NCBI GenBank assembly: GCA_964414185.1
Contig: CAYPVK010000005.1
Location: forward strand, 30,876 to 94,875
Length of the DNA stretch: 64,000 bases
Direction: 5' to 3'
Origin: an uncultured Lactobacillales bacterium
GTDB lineage: Bacteria > Pseudomonadota > Alphaproteobacteria > CAAHEQ01 > UBA3637
Every line of letters begins with the position of its first letter. Positions within the stretch are counted from its first letter, which is position 1. The position numbers and the translations under genes are program-made. The notes beneath the pieces were generated by a model. The model saw only the letters and a program-made list of their open reading frames with translations. It made no database searches and was not told the DNA's origin. Below are positions 14,919-24,786 of this stretch, piece by piece.

Positions 14919-15104
14919 ATGGCTGTACCTAAAAAGAAAACTTCAAAGTCAAAAAAGAACATGCGCCGTTCACACGAAGCTTTGGCATCCAATACGTATG
15001 CCGAATGCCCTCAATGCGGTGAATTTGTTCGTCCGCACCATGTTTGTGATGCTTGCGGTTATTATAATAAAAAAGAAATTATCGTAAAAGAAAAAACCGT
15101 TTAA
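14919..15104 (+). CDS. rpmF: 50S ribosomal protein L32
   Basis: MAVPKKKTSKSKKNMRRSHEAL with a CPQCG...CDACG zinc ribbon. Lies immediately upstream of plsX. Confidence 0.9.
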   Translation: MAVPKKKTSKSKKNMRRSHEALASNTYAECPQCGEFVRPHHVCDACGYYNKKEIIVKEKTV

Positions 15105-15118
15105 GGAAGGATTTCACT

Positions 15119-16168
15119 TTGAGTGATACTCTGGTTATTTCAGTAGATGCTATGGGGGGCGATAATGCCCCTGACTCAATTATTGAAGGGGTTAGCATTG
15201 CCTTGAAAAAGAACGAGAACGTCTTCTTTTTCCTGTATGGTAATGAAGAAAAACTGATGCCGCTTATCGAGAAATACAAAATTCCCGCCGAACGGTATAA
15301 AATTCATCATACCGATGCGGTTATTAAGGCGGAAGATAAACCGTCGCATGCGATTCGTTCCGGTCGGGAAAGCAGCATGTGGAAAGCGATTATGTCCGTT
15401 CGTAACGGGTATTCCGGAGCGGTTGTATCCGCCGGTAACACGGGTGTTTTGATGGCGATGAGCAAAATTTGCCTTGGTACGGCGGCGGGTATTGACCGAC
15501 CGGCGATTGCGGCGATTTTACCGTCTTTGTCCGGGCCGATTGTGGCACTTGATTTGGGTGCCAATGCGGAATGCAATTCGCAAAATTTGGTGGAATTTGC
15601 CATTATGGGCGATGTGTTTTATCGTATCATGTTCAAAAAAGATCGCCCGAGTGTCGGTTTGTTAAACATCGGGTCGGAAGAAACCAAAGGCCGTGAAGAA
15701 ATCCGCGAAGCGGCGGGGGTTTTGAAAAGTTTCGGCAAGAAAATTAATTTTTACGGATTTGTCGAAGGCAATGATATCGGTTTGGGCACGACCAACGTTA
15801 TTGTAACCGACGGTTTTTCGGGCAATGTTGCTTTGAAAACCGTTGAAGGGACGGCGAAACTGATTACAACGACTTTAAAAGATATCATTAAAAAATCTGT
15901 TTTGTCCAAAATCGGATTTTTGTTGGCTTTGCCCGGATTGCGGACTTTAAAGAAAAAAATGGATCCGCGTATGTATAACGGCGCCATGTTTTTGGGGTTA
16001 AACGGTATTTCGGTCAAAAGTCATGGCGGTGCGGATGCTTTTGCATTTTCGCATGCTATTGAAACGGCAATTAATTTGGCTCAAAACAACCTTTGTTCAA
16101 AAATCACGGATGAATTGGAACATGTTATGAGCATGACCGATTCGGAAAACGGCGAAACTGTTGCCTAA
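15119..16168 (+). CDS. plsX: Phosphate acyltransferase PlsX
   Basis: 349 aa starting from TTG, with the conserved DAMGGD N-terminal motif. Part of the rpmF-plsX-fabH order. Confidence 0.9.
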   Translation: MSDTLVISVDAMGGDNAPDSIIEGVSIALKKNENVFFFLYGNEEKLMPLIEKYKIPAERYKIHHTDAVIKAEDKPSHAIRSGRESSMWKAIMSVRNGYSGAVVSAGNTGVLMAMSKICLGTAAGIDRPAIAAILPSLSGPIVALDLGANAECNSQNLVEFAIMGDVFYRIMFKKDRPSVGLLNIGSEETKGREEIREAAGVLKSFGKKINFYGFVEGNDIGLGTTNVIVTDGFSGNVALKTVEGTAKLITTTLKDIIKKSVLSKIGFLLALPGLRTLKKKMDPRMYNGAMFLGLNGISVKSHGGADAFAFSHAIETAINLAQNNLCSKITDELEHVMSMTDSENGETVA

Positions 16169-16189
16169 ATAATTAATGATGGGGAGTTT

Positions 16190-17161
16190 ATGATCCGCTC
16201 AGAAATCGCAGGTATCGGCAGTTATCTGCCATCCAGAGTGTTGACTAATTCCGATTTGGAAAGAATTGTCGATACGTCTGACGCATGGATTACCGAACGG
16301 ACCGGCATTAAATCGCGCCATATCGCCGCGAAAAGTGAATACACTTCTGATTTAGCCGTTAAGGCGGCCTTAAATGCACTTGACAATGCCGGCATGGCTG
16401 TCAAAGATTTGGATATGATAATTTTGGCTACGACAACGCCGGATGAAACGTTGCCCGCTACGGCGACCAAAGTGCAAAAAGCATTGGGTATGACGCATGG
16501 GTTCGCTTTTGATATTCAAGCCGTGTGTTCGGGATTTATGTTTGCGTTGGCGACGGCGGATAATTATATTCGTTCAAAGGCTGTGCAAACCGTTTTGGTT
16601 ATAGGAGCGGAAACGTTATCTAAAATCGTTGATTGGACGGATCGCAATACGTGCGTTTTGTTCGGTGATGGAGCAGGTGCCGTGATATTACAGGCATCTG
16701 AAGGCGACGGGACAAGCAAAGATACCGGTATTTTGGCAACGGCTTTGCGGTCGGACGGTACGTATCACGATATATTGAAAACAACGGGCGGCCCATCAAC
16801 GACCGGTACGGCCGGATATATTTATATGGAAGGGCGGGAAGTGTTCCGCCATGCCGTTACCAATTTGGCGGACATTGCGCGTCAGGTAATGACCGAGGCG
16901 GGCGTTGAATCGCAAGATATTGATTGTTTGGTACCTCATCAGGCGAATTCGCGTATTATTGAAGGGACGGCTAAAAAGTTGAGTATGCCGATGCAAAAAG
17001 TTGTGTTGTCATTGCCGACACACGGCAATACGTCGGCCGCTTCAATCCCGCTGGCTTTGGATTTCGGAGTTAAGTCGGGTCAAATCAAAAAGGGCGACTT
17101 GTTGTTGCTTGAATCAATGGGCGGTGGTTTTACATGGGCGGGAGGTTTAATCAGGTTTTAA
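16190..17161 (+). CDS. fabH: 3-oxoacyl-ACP synthase III
   Basis: 323 aa with the active-site Cys in AFDIQAVCSGF and a His/Asn-bearing C-terminal half (PHQANSRII...GNTSAAS). Confidence 0.9.
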   Translation: MIRSEIAGIGSYLPSRVLTNSDLERIVDTSDAWITERTGIKSRHIAAKSEYTSDLAVKAALNALDNAGMAVKDLDMIILATTTPDETLPATATKVQKALGMTHGFAFDIQAVCSGFMFALATADNYIRSKAVQTVLVIGAETLSKIVDWTDRNTCVLFGDGAGAVILQASEGDGTSKDTGILATALRSDGTYHDILKTTGGPSTTGTAGYIYMEGREVFRHAVTNLADIARQVMTEAGVESQDIDCLVPHQANSRIIEGTAKKLSMPMQKVVLSLPTHGNTSAASIPLALDFGVKSGQIKKGDLLLLESMGGGFTWAGGLIRF

Positions 17162-17264
17162 TTAAGCCTTTTGACGGTCGATTATAAAAACACTTGCAAA
17201 TATAAAAAAGATATGTCATCTTCTAGGTGATATTGCGTATATAAATTCTTAAAAAGGAAATAAA

Positions 17265-17552
17265 ATGACTACTAAAACCATTACTCGTGCAGACATTGCC
17301 GAAGCGATTTATCGTGAATTGGGTTTTTCCCATGCAGAAGCTTTTAAGCTGATTGAACAAATTATACAAAATGTGATTGATGCGTTGCAAGCCGGCGAAG
17401 AAGTTAAAATAGCCAAATTCGCGACTTTTACACCGCATGCCAAAAAACAACGTATGGGACGCAACCCGAAAACGGGCGAAAATCATCCGATTTGTTCAAG
17501 AACCGTTGTTTCTTTTAAAGCGTCAAATTCTTTAAAAGGGGCTTTATGCTGA
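17265..17552 (+). CDS. ihfA: Integration host factor subunit alpha
   Basis: 95 aa with the HU/IHF fold and the arm motif GRNPKTGE. Its position after fabH and before a MerR gene is a conserved alphaproteobacterial arrangement. Confidence 0.75.
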   Translation: MTTKTITRADIAEAIYRELGFSHAEAFKLIEQIIQNVIDALQAGEEVKIAKFATFTPHAKKQRMGRNPKTGENHPICSRTVVSFKASNSLKGALC

Positions 17553-17584
17553 ATATAACGGGATAAAAATTTTAAGAGAATTCC

Positions 17585-17929
17585 ATGATGAAGGCCGATA
17601 ATGCTTACAGAACGATTACGGAAGTTGCGGATTTGTTGCAAGTCCAAGCATCGGTTTTGCGTTTTTGGGAAACTCAATTTCATCAGATAAAACCGATTAA
17701 ACGTATGGGCGGCCGGCGGTATTATCGCGCCGAAGATGTCGTTTTATTGGCTCAGATTCGCGATTACCTGTATAAAGAAGGTTTTACGATTAAAGGCGTT
17801 CAAAAACGGTTGAAATCTGATTTCAAAGACGGGCATGAACCTCAAGGCAGCGAAACCGATATACAGGTTGTGGATGCATTTGTTCAGGAAATAACCGATA
17901 TTAAAAGTTATCTGTCCGATTATATATAA
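17585..17929 (+). CDS. MerR-family transcriptional regulator
   Basis: The N-terminal HTH is [25 protein letters not shown]...GRRYY. Confidence 0.8.
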   Translation: MMKADNAYRTITEVADLLQVQASVLRFWETQFHQIKPIKRMGGRRYYRAEDVVLLAQIRDYLYKEGFTIKGVQKRLKSDFKDGHEPQGSETDIQVVDAFVQEITDIKSYLSDYI

Positions 17930-17948
17930 AATGCGTTTTTTTAATTTT

Positions 17949-17977
17949 AAAAGCCCTTTTTGTTAGGGCTTTTTTTG
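17949..17977 (+). terminator. Rho-independent terminator after the merR-family gene
   Basis: AAGCCC-TTTTTGTTA-GGGCTT hairpin followed by a T7 run. Confidence 0.7.
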
Positions 17978-18076
17978 TAAGGAAAAATTACGGGCAAAAG
18001 GCAACTGTCCAATTTTTCCTTGCATAAAACATTGTTATCATGCTACTATTCAAACAGCAGTGATTAAAGGAAAAAG

Positions 18077-18844
18077 ATGGAAAAGTTATCGGTTTATATT
18101 GTTACGTTAAATGAAGAACAACGTCTCGGGAAAACATTGGCGGCGGCGAAAAAAATAGCGGATGAAATTATCGTGGTGGATTCCGGTTCGTCGGATAAAA
18201 CATGTGAAATTGCCGAAAGTTACGGGGCAAAAGTTATTTTTCACAAATGGAAAAATATTTCGTCGCAAAAACGGTATGCGCAAAATCAATGTAAATACGA
18301 TTATGTATTGTCTTTGGATGCGGATGAAGTATTATCCGATAAATTGATTGATGAAATCAATAACGTGAAATTGCATCCCGATTGTAAAGCATATTGTATT
18401 AAAATCGCGGACATGTATCCGGGGGATAAAAAACCGTCTGCATTTGCCAAAAGTTATGAGTTGGTGCGTTTATATCACAAAAAATATGCAACGATGCCCG
18501 ATGATTTAACGCATGACCGTGTGATTGTGAAACAAGGTGTTCAAGTCGGTCGATTGAAAGGGAAAGTTTATCATTATTCATATTTATCGCTTAAAAAAAC
18601 GTGGGACAAATATAACGATTACACCGATGAGTTGTTAAAAACCGCAATAGCAACCGGCAAAAGATATTCCGCTTTTCGTTTAGGTATCGAATTTCCGTAT
18701 CAGTTCATGCGTTATTATTTTATGAAACGGATGTTTTTGCAAGGCAAGTTCGGATTTATCAATGCCGTCACTTTGGCGTATTTTCGTTTCTTAAAAATTG
18801 CCAAATGGCATGAATATAAAGAAGGGCAAAAGGACAAAGAATGA
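18077..18844 (+). CDS. Family-2 glycosyltransferase (LPS-core KdtX/WaaE-like)
   Basis: 255 aa. Carries LSVYIVTLNEEQRLGKTL...IVVDSGSSDKT and a DAD (DxD) motif in SLDADEVL. Confidence 0.75.
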   Translation: MEKLSVYIVTLNEEQRLGKTLAAAKKIADEIIVVDSGSSDKTCEIAESYGAKVIFHKWKNISSQKRYAQNQCKYDYVLSLDADEVLSDKLIDEINNVKLHPDCKAYCIKIADMYPGDKKPSAFAKSYELVRLYHKKYATMPDDLTHDRVIVKQGVQVGRLKGKVYHYSYLSLKKTWDKYNDYTDELLKTAIATGKRYSAFRLGIEFPYQFMRYYFMKRMFLQGKFGFINAVTLAYFRFLKIAKWHEYKEGQKDKE

Positions 18845-19620
18845 ATTTTATATCAAACCTGTTTAATCGAAACGGTACAATAAAGCCCGAAGGGTTTCCT
18901 TTGACGTTAAAACATATTCAAACCATTCGTTTGGCAATGTCTGTATTGGAAATGAATCCCGAAATGCAAATGCCGCTTGCTTCAAAAAGCATATTTGATT
19001 ATCTGAATTCTTATTTTGAGCTGGATGTCACATATTATGCGCATTCTTGGCAGGTGCGAATGAGAAAAGACATATCGTTCGATCATCAAAAACCGTCAGT
19101 CACAGTCGGGGACGTAACACGTCCGTTGGTATTTCCGCGGCAGATGTTGGCTAAGTGCCGTGGCGGGTGGGCGAATACCGATACGATTACTTTTTCGGAA
19201 TTTAAAACGCCTCAGCGTATTGCCGCTTTAAAACAATGGTTGAAAAATACTTATGATGCGGATGTGGATTTGGAAAAAGAAGCGGGCTATGATGACAACA
19301 ACGTTAAAATCGTTTGGAGTTCAAACGGGCGCCAGTTTCCGCAAAAGGCATGGGATGTACCCTATTATGACGAATTGCTTTCCAGCGGCTTTGTTTTATG
19401 CCCGGACGGCGATTTTATTTGGACCTATCGTTTTTTCGAAGCCGTTATTTGCGGGGCGATACCGATTATTGAAAATATGTGTGAACTGTATGAAGGGTTT
19501 TATTTTTATGATATGAAAACGCCGCGCGAAGAGTTGATTTACCGACCCGAGCAGGCGGGAAACAATTTTAAATTACTGATGCAAAAATTCACATTGCCGG
19601 AGAAAACGAATGCGCGATAA
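18841..19620 (+). CDS. Putative glycosyltransferase-like protein (exostosin/GT47-like C-terminal motif)
   Basis: Overlaps the upstream stop by 4 nt (ATGA). The C-terminal FVLCPDGDFIWTYRFFEAVICGAIPII resembles the exostosin-family motif. The N-terminus has no signal peptide. Confidence 0.4.
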   Translation: MNFISNLFNRNGTIKPEGFPLTLKHIQTIRLAMSVLEMNPEMQMPLASKSIFDYLNSYFELDVTYYAHSWQVRMRKDISFDHQKPSVTVGDVTRPLVFPRQMLAKCRGGWANTDTITFSEFKTPQRIAALKQWLKNTYDADVDLEKEAGYDDNNVKIVWSSNGRQFPQKAWDVPYYDELLSSGFVLCPDGDFIWTYRFFEAVICGAIPIIENMCELYEGFYFYDMKTPREELIYRPEQAGNNFKLLMQKFTLPEKTNAR

Positions 19621-20434
19621 CATAATTAACTTATTCTATTGCAAGGGTAAAAACTTTGGGGATGCGGTCAATCCGATATTGGTTGAGCGCGTTTTCGGCA
19701 TCGCTTGCAAAAGTGTTCCGAAAACACAAGCGGAATTGATTGCCGTCGGCAGTATTATGCAAAGGTTTACGGCAGAAAATTTGGTATCGTCCGTTCAAAA
19801 GATGTTTTATCCTTTTTTGCATGTTTGGAGTTCGGGTTTCATTGCCGACGAAGAGCGCAAGTATTTCAAAAGAAATATTGACATTTATGCCGTTCGCGGT
19901 CGTTTGACGAAACAAAAGTGCGAAAAAATTTTAGGCAAAGAATTGGATATCCCGCTTGGCGATGGCGGTTTGTTGTTATCCGAGCTGTTGGACAGGAAAG
20001 TTCCGAAAAAGTATGAATTGGGCATTATTCCCCATGTAGCGGATTTTAAAAATCCGATTTTTGAAAAAATAAATGATGCCGTCAACAATTCCGTGATTAT
20101 TGACTTGTCCCAAGACCCCATGAAAGTTTTGAAAAGAATTGCAGCATGCAACTGTGTCATTTCCACCGCCATGCACGGATTGATTGCTGCCGATTCTTTG
20201 GGCATTCCCAATAAATGGATTGAAGTATCCGACCAAATCAATGGTACCGGGTTTAAATTCAGGGATTATTATTCCGCTTTCGGGTTGGACGGTATGGCGG
20301 CCAAGTATTTGACACCGGAAGAATCTTTTTATGAACGTGATTTAAAAGATGTGTACGACGATTATAAAATAAAAATGTCCGATGTTGAAGAGATTAAGAA
20401 AAAATTGTACAACGCTTTTCCGTTTAAACCGTAA
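19610..20434 (+). CDS. Putative polysaccharide pyruvyl transferase family protein
   Basis: 274 aa. The N-terminal CKGKNFGDAVNPIL resembles the PS_pyruv_trans NxGD motif. Translationally coupled to the upstream gene. Confidence 0.4.
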   Translation: MRDNIINLFYCKGKNFGDAVNPILVERVFGIACKSVPKTQAELIAVGSIMQRFTAENLVSSVQKMFYPFLHVWSSGFIADEERKYFKRNIDIYAVRGRLTKQKCEKILGKELDIPLGDGGLLLSELLDRKVPKKYELGIIPHVADFKNPIFEKINDAVNNSVIIDLSQDPMKVLKRIAACNCVISTAMHGLIAADSLGIPNKWIEVSDQINGTGFKFRDYYSAFGLDGMAAKYLTPEESFYERDLKDVYDDYKIKMSDVEEIKKKLYNAFPFKP

Positions 20435-20453
20435 TTTAAAACAGGGTTTCAAA

Positions 20454-21536
20454 ATGGCCAAAATATTGCACATTGCCAATTTTAATATGCTTAAAACCGT
20501 CGGACCGTCTCAAAATGCCATGCAACGTAAAATTTCAAACGGCTTGGCGCGCATCGGGCATAACGTCATTGATTATTCGGACCGAGATTTATGCCGTATG
20601 TTCGGATTCGGGCATATGAACTTTTGGGGCAGGAAAAAGTTAAATGAACATTTAATAAGATTTTGCAAAGCGGTTAAACCCGACGCCATTGTGATGGGCC
20701 ATGTCGATACGATTGATTTGGACACTTTTTCGGAAATTAAAAAATTGTTTCCGGGTATTCGCATTTTGGAATGGTGTGTTGATGCCATTGTTCCGGATGC
20801 GGGTGCGGACAAACGTTTCAATGACGATTGTGCATTTATGATGGCGCGCCTTAAAAAACAAAGTGCGGTGACGGATGCCATATTAATGACGACGGGCGAC
20901 AAAAATGCCTTAAAGAAATTGAAAACGGATACGAACTTTGTCGGATTCTTTCCCAATATTGTCGATAAAAGTATAGAAACGGGTGTCGCCTATGAAAAGG
21001 AAACATTGCCGTATGATTTGTTGTTTGCCGCCAATCCGACGTTAAAACGAAAAGTTTGCGGCAATTGGATGAACATGGACGACATTGCCCGCAGTATCGG
21101 CGTGGCCATGCCCGCCTTAAACGGTTTGTTCCCGGGATTAATCGGAACGCCGAAATTGCGCGGGGCCGATTATCAAAATGCTTGTGAACAAAGCGCGATG
21201 GGTTTATCCGTCAGCCATATCAACGATGTTTATTTATACCAATCCGACAGGCTTGCGCATATTGTCGGTAATGGCGCACTTGCCTTTTTGGAAGGTCGTT
21301 CGGGTTATAAAGATTTTTTTAATGATGACGAAATGGCCTTTTACGAAACGGTGGATGAATTATATGATAAAATCAAATTTTATCTGAACAATCCCGTTTC
21401 ACGCCAAAAAGTTGCCAAAGCGGGCCATGACAAGTATGTCAATCTGTTTAATGAAATTCGTGTTGCCACGTATATGTCCGATGTATTGTTCAATGGCAAA
21501 GATTTGCATGGCATTCCGTGGGCCGTAGAAGTTTGA
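20454..21536 (+). CDS. Glycosyltransferase, CgeB-like / GT1-like C-terminal domain (DUF3880-type)
   Basis: The track ORF starts at 20382. The likely start is MAKILHIANFNML at 20454. The C-terminal FYETVDELYDKIKFYLNNPVSRQKVAKAGHDKYVNLF matches the CgeB-type glycosyltransferase tail. Confidence 0.5.
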   Translation: MAKILHIANFNMLKTVGPSQNAMQRKISNGLARIGHNVIDYSDRDLCRMFGFGHMNFWGRKKLNEHLIRFCKAVKPDAIVMGHVDTIDLDTFSEIKKLFPGIRILEWCVDAIVPDAGADKRFNDDCAFMMARLKKQSAVTDAILMTTGDKNALKKLKTDTNFVGFFPNIVDKSIETGVAYEKETLPYDLLFAANPTLKRKVCGNWMNMDDIARSIGVAMPALNGLFPGLIGTPKLRGADYQNACEQSAMGLSVSHINDVYLYQSDRLAHIVGNGALAFLEGRSGYKDFFNDDEMAFYETVDELYDKIKFYLNNPVSRQKVAKAGHDKYVNLFNEIRVATYMSDVLFNGKDLHGIPWAVEV

Positions 21537-21554
21537 TTTTTTTGGGAGAAAAGT

Positions 21555-22355
21555 ATGCAAAAATTCAGTTATCATTGCCATACAACCAATTCGGACGGAA
21601 AAAATACGCCGCTTGAAATGATTGAACAGGCACAAGAGCTTGGTTTTCAATCTATCGGCATTACCGACCATTTCAGCTATCACCCCGATAATGATGACCA
21701 TTCGCCGTGGGATATGTCCACCGTGAACAAAGCAATTGATTATTGGAAGCGGTGTTATGATAAAGTTCAGGAAGCCGCCGCGCAGGCGAAAATAAAAGTT
21801 TTGTTCGGATTTGAAGTCGATTTTTACAAAAGTGCGCGATGGCGCCATGATTTTGAAAAAATTTTGGCACATTGTCCCTATGATTATTTATTAACGTCAA
21901 CGCATTATTTGCGAAATGCGGACGAAAGCAAACGCATATCGTTATTCCACACAAGCTCCAATGTTCAATATGATGACGAATTGTTGGACAGTTTTTGGGA
22001 TACGACGGCGGCGGCGGTCCAAAGCGGTTATTTTGCTTTTGTCGGGCATATGGATTTATTCGAACACCGCGGTATTGCCAAAAAAGCATATACGGATGAA
22101 AAGGTACGCGTGTTTGAGTTAATGCAAAAACATCAAATCGCAACGGAATTAAATACGGGCGGCAAACGCCACGGTGCCTTGTTTTATCCCACGCGTGCCT
22201 TTTTGGAAGAAATGTTGCCCTATCACATTAAATTAATGATTAATGACGATGCGCATAATATCGGGCAAACGGGCGCTTTTTTCAATGAAGCCGAAGAATT
22301 GCTTGCACAAATCGGATATATCGACCGCATTGATTTGGCCAATAAAATAAAATAA
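21555..22355 (+). CDS. PHP-family phosphoesterase (histidinol-phosphatase-like)
   Basis: 266 aa. Shows the HCHTTNSDG N-terminus and GITDH, with His/Asp metal ligands spread through the protein (HMDLFEH, NDDAHN). Confidence 0.7.
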   Translation: MQKFSYHCHTTNSDGKNTPLEMIEQAQELGFQSIGITDHFSYHPDNDDHSPWDMSTVNKAIDYWKRCYDKVQEAAAQAKIKVLFGFEVDFYKSARWRHDFEKILAHCPYDYLLTSTHYLRNADESKRISLFHTSSNVQYDDELLDSFWDTTAAAVQSGYFAFVGHMDLFEHRGIAKKAYTDEKVRVFELMQKHQIATELNTGGKRHGALFYPTRAFLEEMLPYHIKLMINDDAHNIGQTGAFFNEAEELLAQIGYIDRIDLANKIK

Positions 22356-22370
22356 GTTTTACCGAAATAT

Positions 22371-22955
22371 TTATTCTTGTTCCAATTCGTCATAAACACG
22401 GCGGATTTCTCGGATATCCTGCCACATCAACCATTTCGGACTGCCCGGTGTACGTTGCTGGTTACGCAATAAATACGACGGGTGGAATATCGGCATCATT
22501 TTGGCGCCGTTCGGGCCGTCAAACCATTGACCGCGAACTTTTGTAATGCCCAAATCCGTATCAACGAATGATTTTAAAGCCACTTTGCCGCACAGCAAAA
22601 TAATGCGCGGTTTGATAATTTCCAATTGTGCATCCAAAAATTCACGGCAGGCGTCTTTTTCCTGCGGTGTCGGGTCGCGGTTGTCAGGCGGGCGGCATTT
22701 GATGGTATTGCAAATATAAATGTCTTTTTCGCGTGAAAAGTCGACGGATTCAAATATTTTATCCAATAATTGGCCCGCTTTCCCGATGAACGGTTTGCCT
22801 TGTTGGTCTTCATAAAAACCGGGGGCTTCCCCGATCAACATCATTTTGGCGGCCGGATTGCCGTCGGAAAAAACCGTATTTGTCCGAGAAAGAGCTAAAC
22901 CGCATTTTTGGCAATGGGCGCATTTTTCGCGCCAAATTTCAAGCTCCGGAATCAT
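22371..22955 (-). CDS. udg: Uracil-DNA glycosylase, family 4 (Fe-S type)
   Basis: 194 aa. Has an N-terminal Cys cluster (CAHCQKCGL), the GEAPG motif (LIGEAPGFYEDQQGKPFIGKAG) and HPS. Confidence 0.8.
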   Translation of the reverse strand: MIPELEIWREKCAHCQKCGLALSRTNTVFSDGNPAAKMMLIGEAPGFYEDQQGKPFIGKAGQLLDKIFESVDFSREKDIYICNTIKCRPPDNRDPTPQEKDACREFLDAQLEIIKPRIILLCGKVALKSFVDTDLGITKVRGQWFDGPNGAKMMPIFHPSYLLRNQQRTPGSPKWLMWQDIREIRRVYDELEQE

Positions 22956-23053
22956 AGTGTTTGCCTCCTTGTTGTTCGGACGGTTTATTGTGCCTGAAAT
23001 TTTATGTGTTTACAAGTTATTTTTTATGTTTTTTTGGGTACGACGGATACGAA

Positions 23054-23092
23054 AATGCCTCTTTGGGGAGATATGAAAACCAAAGAGGCATT
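23054..23092. other. Perfect 13-bp inverted repeat between the udg and peroxiredoxin genes
   Basis: AATGCCTCTTTGG-n13-CCAAAGAGGCATT. It lies downstream of the minus-strand peroxiredoxin gene, but no strong U-run follows it on that strand. Confidence 0.5.
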
Positions 23093-23115
23093 CCCTAAGA
23101 CCCTCGTTAAAGGAT

Positions 23116-23850
23116 CTAACTTGTGCGCTTATTTGTTTTTTGTTTCTTTTTTAATTTTTCATCGATTTTTTCTTTTTGCAGCGGTTCAGTCGATAAAAAC
23201 CAAGCGCAAGAGGTTTGTTTGTTTTTGCCCGAACATTTATCGGCACCGTCCAATGTGGACGGATTCGGAACGATGACATCGTCGCCCGGTTGCCAATCGG
23301 CGGGTGTGGAACGGCCGAATTCGTCGGCGACTTGCAAACTCATTAAAATCCGTTTAATCTCTTCAAAATTGCGTCCCGTTGAGGCAGGATAATACAAAAT
23401 CGTTCGGATTATTCCTTTCGGGTCGATAAAGAACACGGCGCGGACGGCTTTCGTATCGCTGGAGCCCGGATGAATCATGCCGTATTTTTTGGCGATATGC
23501 ATACTTAAATCGGCAATCAGCGGGAAATTGATACGCATGTTTTCCATGCCGTTAAATTTAACTTGTTTTTCAATTTCGTGCAACCAAGCGATATGGCTGG
23601 AAAGGCTGTCAACCGACAACCCGATTAATTCGGTATTTAATGCTTTGAATTGATCGGCCAGTTTTGAAAAAGTCATGAATTCCGTCGTACAAACGGGTGT
23701 AAAATCGGCCGGATGGCTGAATAAAATGACCCATTCTCCGATGAAATCTTTAGGAAAATCAATCATGCCCTGAGTCGTTTCGGCCGTAAAGGCAGGCGCT
23801 TTGTCGCCGATAAGCGGCAACCGGTCTTTACTTGTGTCTGTGTTTGTCAT
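23116..23850 (-). CDS. Peroxiredoxin (1-Cys/Prx6-like, AhpC/TSA family)
   Basis: 244 aa with the peroxidatic Cys in FTPVCTTE. The C-terminus carries a Lys-rich tail (KEKIDEKLKKKQKTNKRTS). Confidence 0.85.
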   Translation of the reverse strand: MTNTDTSKDRLPLIGDKAPAFTAETTQGMIDFPKDFIGEWVILFSHPADFTPVCTTEFMTFSKLADQFKALNTELIGLSVDSLSSHIAWLHEIEKQVKFNGMENMRINFPLIADLSMHIAKKYGMIHPGSSDTKAVRAVFFIDPKGIIRTILYYPASTGRNFEEIKRILMSLQVADEFGRSTPADWQPGDDVIVPNPSTLDGADKCSGKNKQTSCAWFLSTEPLQKEKIDEKLKKKQKTNKRTS

Positions 23851-24044
23851 TATGATTTTCTCCCCCTAAAAATCTGAACTTTCTATGAGCACATAGGCAT
23901 AAATTTTTTAAAATTCAAGAGGCATTTTGACAATTGTTAAAAAATATTTATCCCCCTTGATTTTAAGCCGAAATATGGTAGTATGTTTTACAAATTTATT
24001 GAAAGCCTTAGGGCAGAAACCGTTAAAAAGGAAAAGGAGGAAAA

Positions 24045-24683
24045 ATGCGTAAAATTTTATTGACATTGGTATTGGCATCGTTGTTGACCGCTTGTGCAAC
24101 CGACCCGTATACGGGCGAAAGCAAAGTATCCAAGACCGCTTGGGGAACGGGTATCGGTGCGGCCGCCGGTGCGGGAATCGGCGCTTTGGCGGGCGGTAAA
24201 AAAGGCGCTTTAATCGGCGCCGGCGCCGGTGCTTTGGTCGGTGTCGGGGGTGGTGCCTATATGGACATTCAAGCGCGCAAATTGCGTGAAGAATTGCAAG
24301 GCACCGGCGTACAGGTAGCACAGGAAGGCGGCCGCGTTTATTTGATTATGCCGGGCAATGTAACGTTTGATACAAACCAAGCGACCATTCGTCCCGGGTT
24401 TCAACCGGTTTTAAATTCCGTTGCTAAGGTTATTAACGAATACGACAAAACAATGGTGGAAATCATCGGGTATACCGATTCGACGGGCAGTGCCGCTACC
24501 AATAATGCATTATCGTTGCGCCGCGCCAATGCCGTTTCGAATTATTTGCGCTTGCAAGGCGTTGACGGCAACCGTATCGTAACGGATGGGTTGGGTTCTC
24601 AAAATCCGATTGCTTCCAATGCAACGGCCGCCGGGCGCGAACAAAACAGACGAGTGGAAATTACGTTAATTAACCGTCAATAA
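24045..24683 (+). CDS. OmpA-family lipoprotein with glycine-zipper segment
   Basis: Lipobox LLTAC, then the Gly-zipper GIGAAAGAGIGALAGGKKGALIGAGAGALVGVGGG, then an OmpA_C-like domain (IIGYTDSTGSAATNNALSLRRANAV). Confidence 0.75.
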   Translation: MRKILLTLVLASLLTACATDPYTGESKVSKTAWGTGIGAAAGAGIGALAGGKKGALIGAGAGALVGVGGGAYMDIQARKLREELQGTGVQVAQEGGRVYLIMPGNVTFDTNQATIRPGFQPVLNSVAKVINEYDKTMVEIIGYTDSTGSAATNNALSLRRANAVSNYLRLQGVDGNRIVTDGLGSQNPIASNATAAGREQNRRVEITLINRQ

Positions 24684-24786
24684 TCAAGGCGTTAATTGTC
24701 GGGAAAGCTTGCTTGGGGAAACGGGCAGGTTTTTTTTATCCGATTATGTATAAAGGCATTGACAGCGGTTTAAAAGGAAAACAAAC

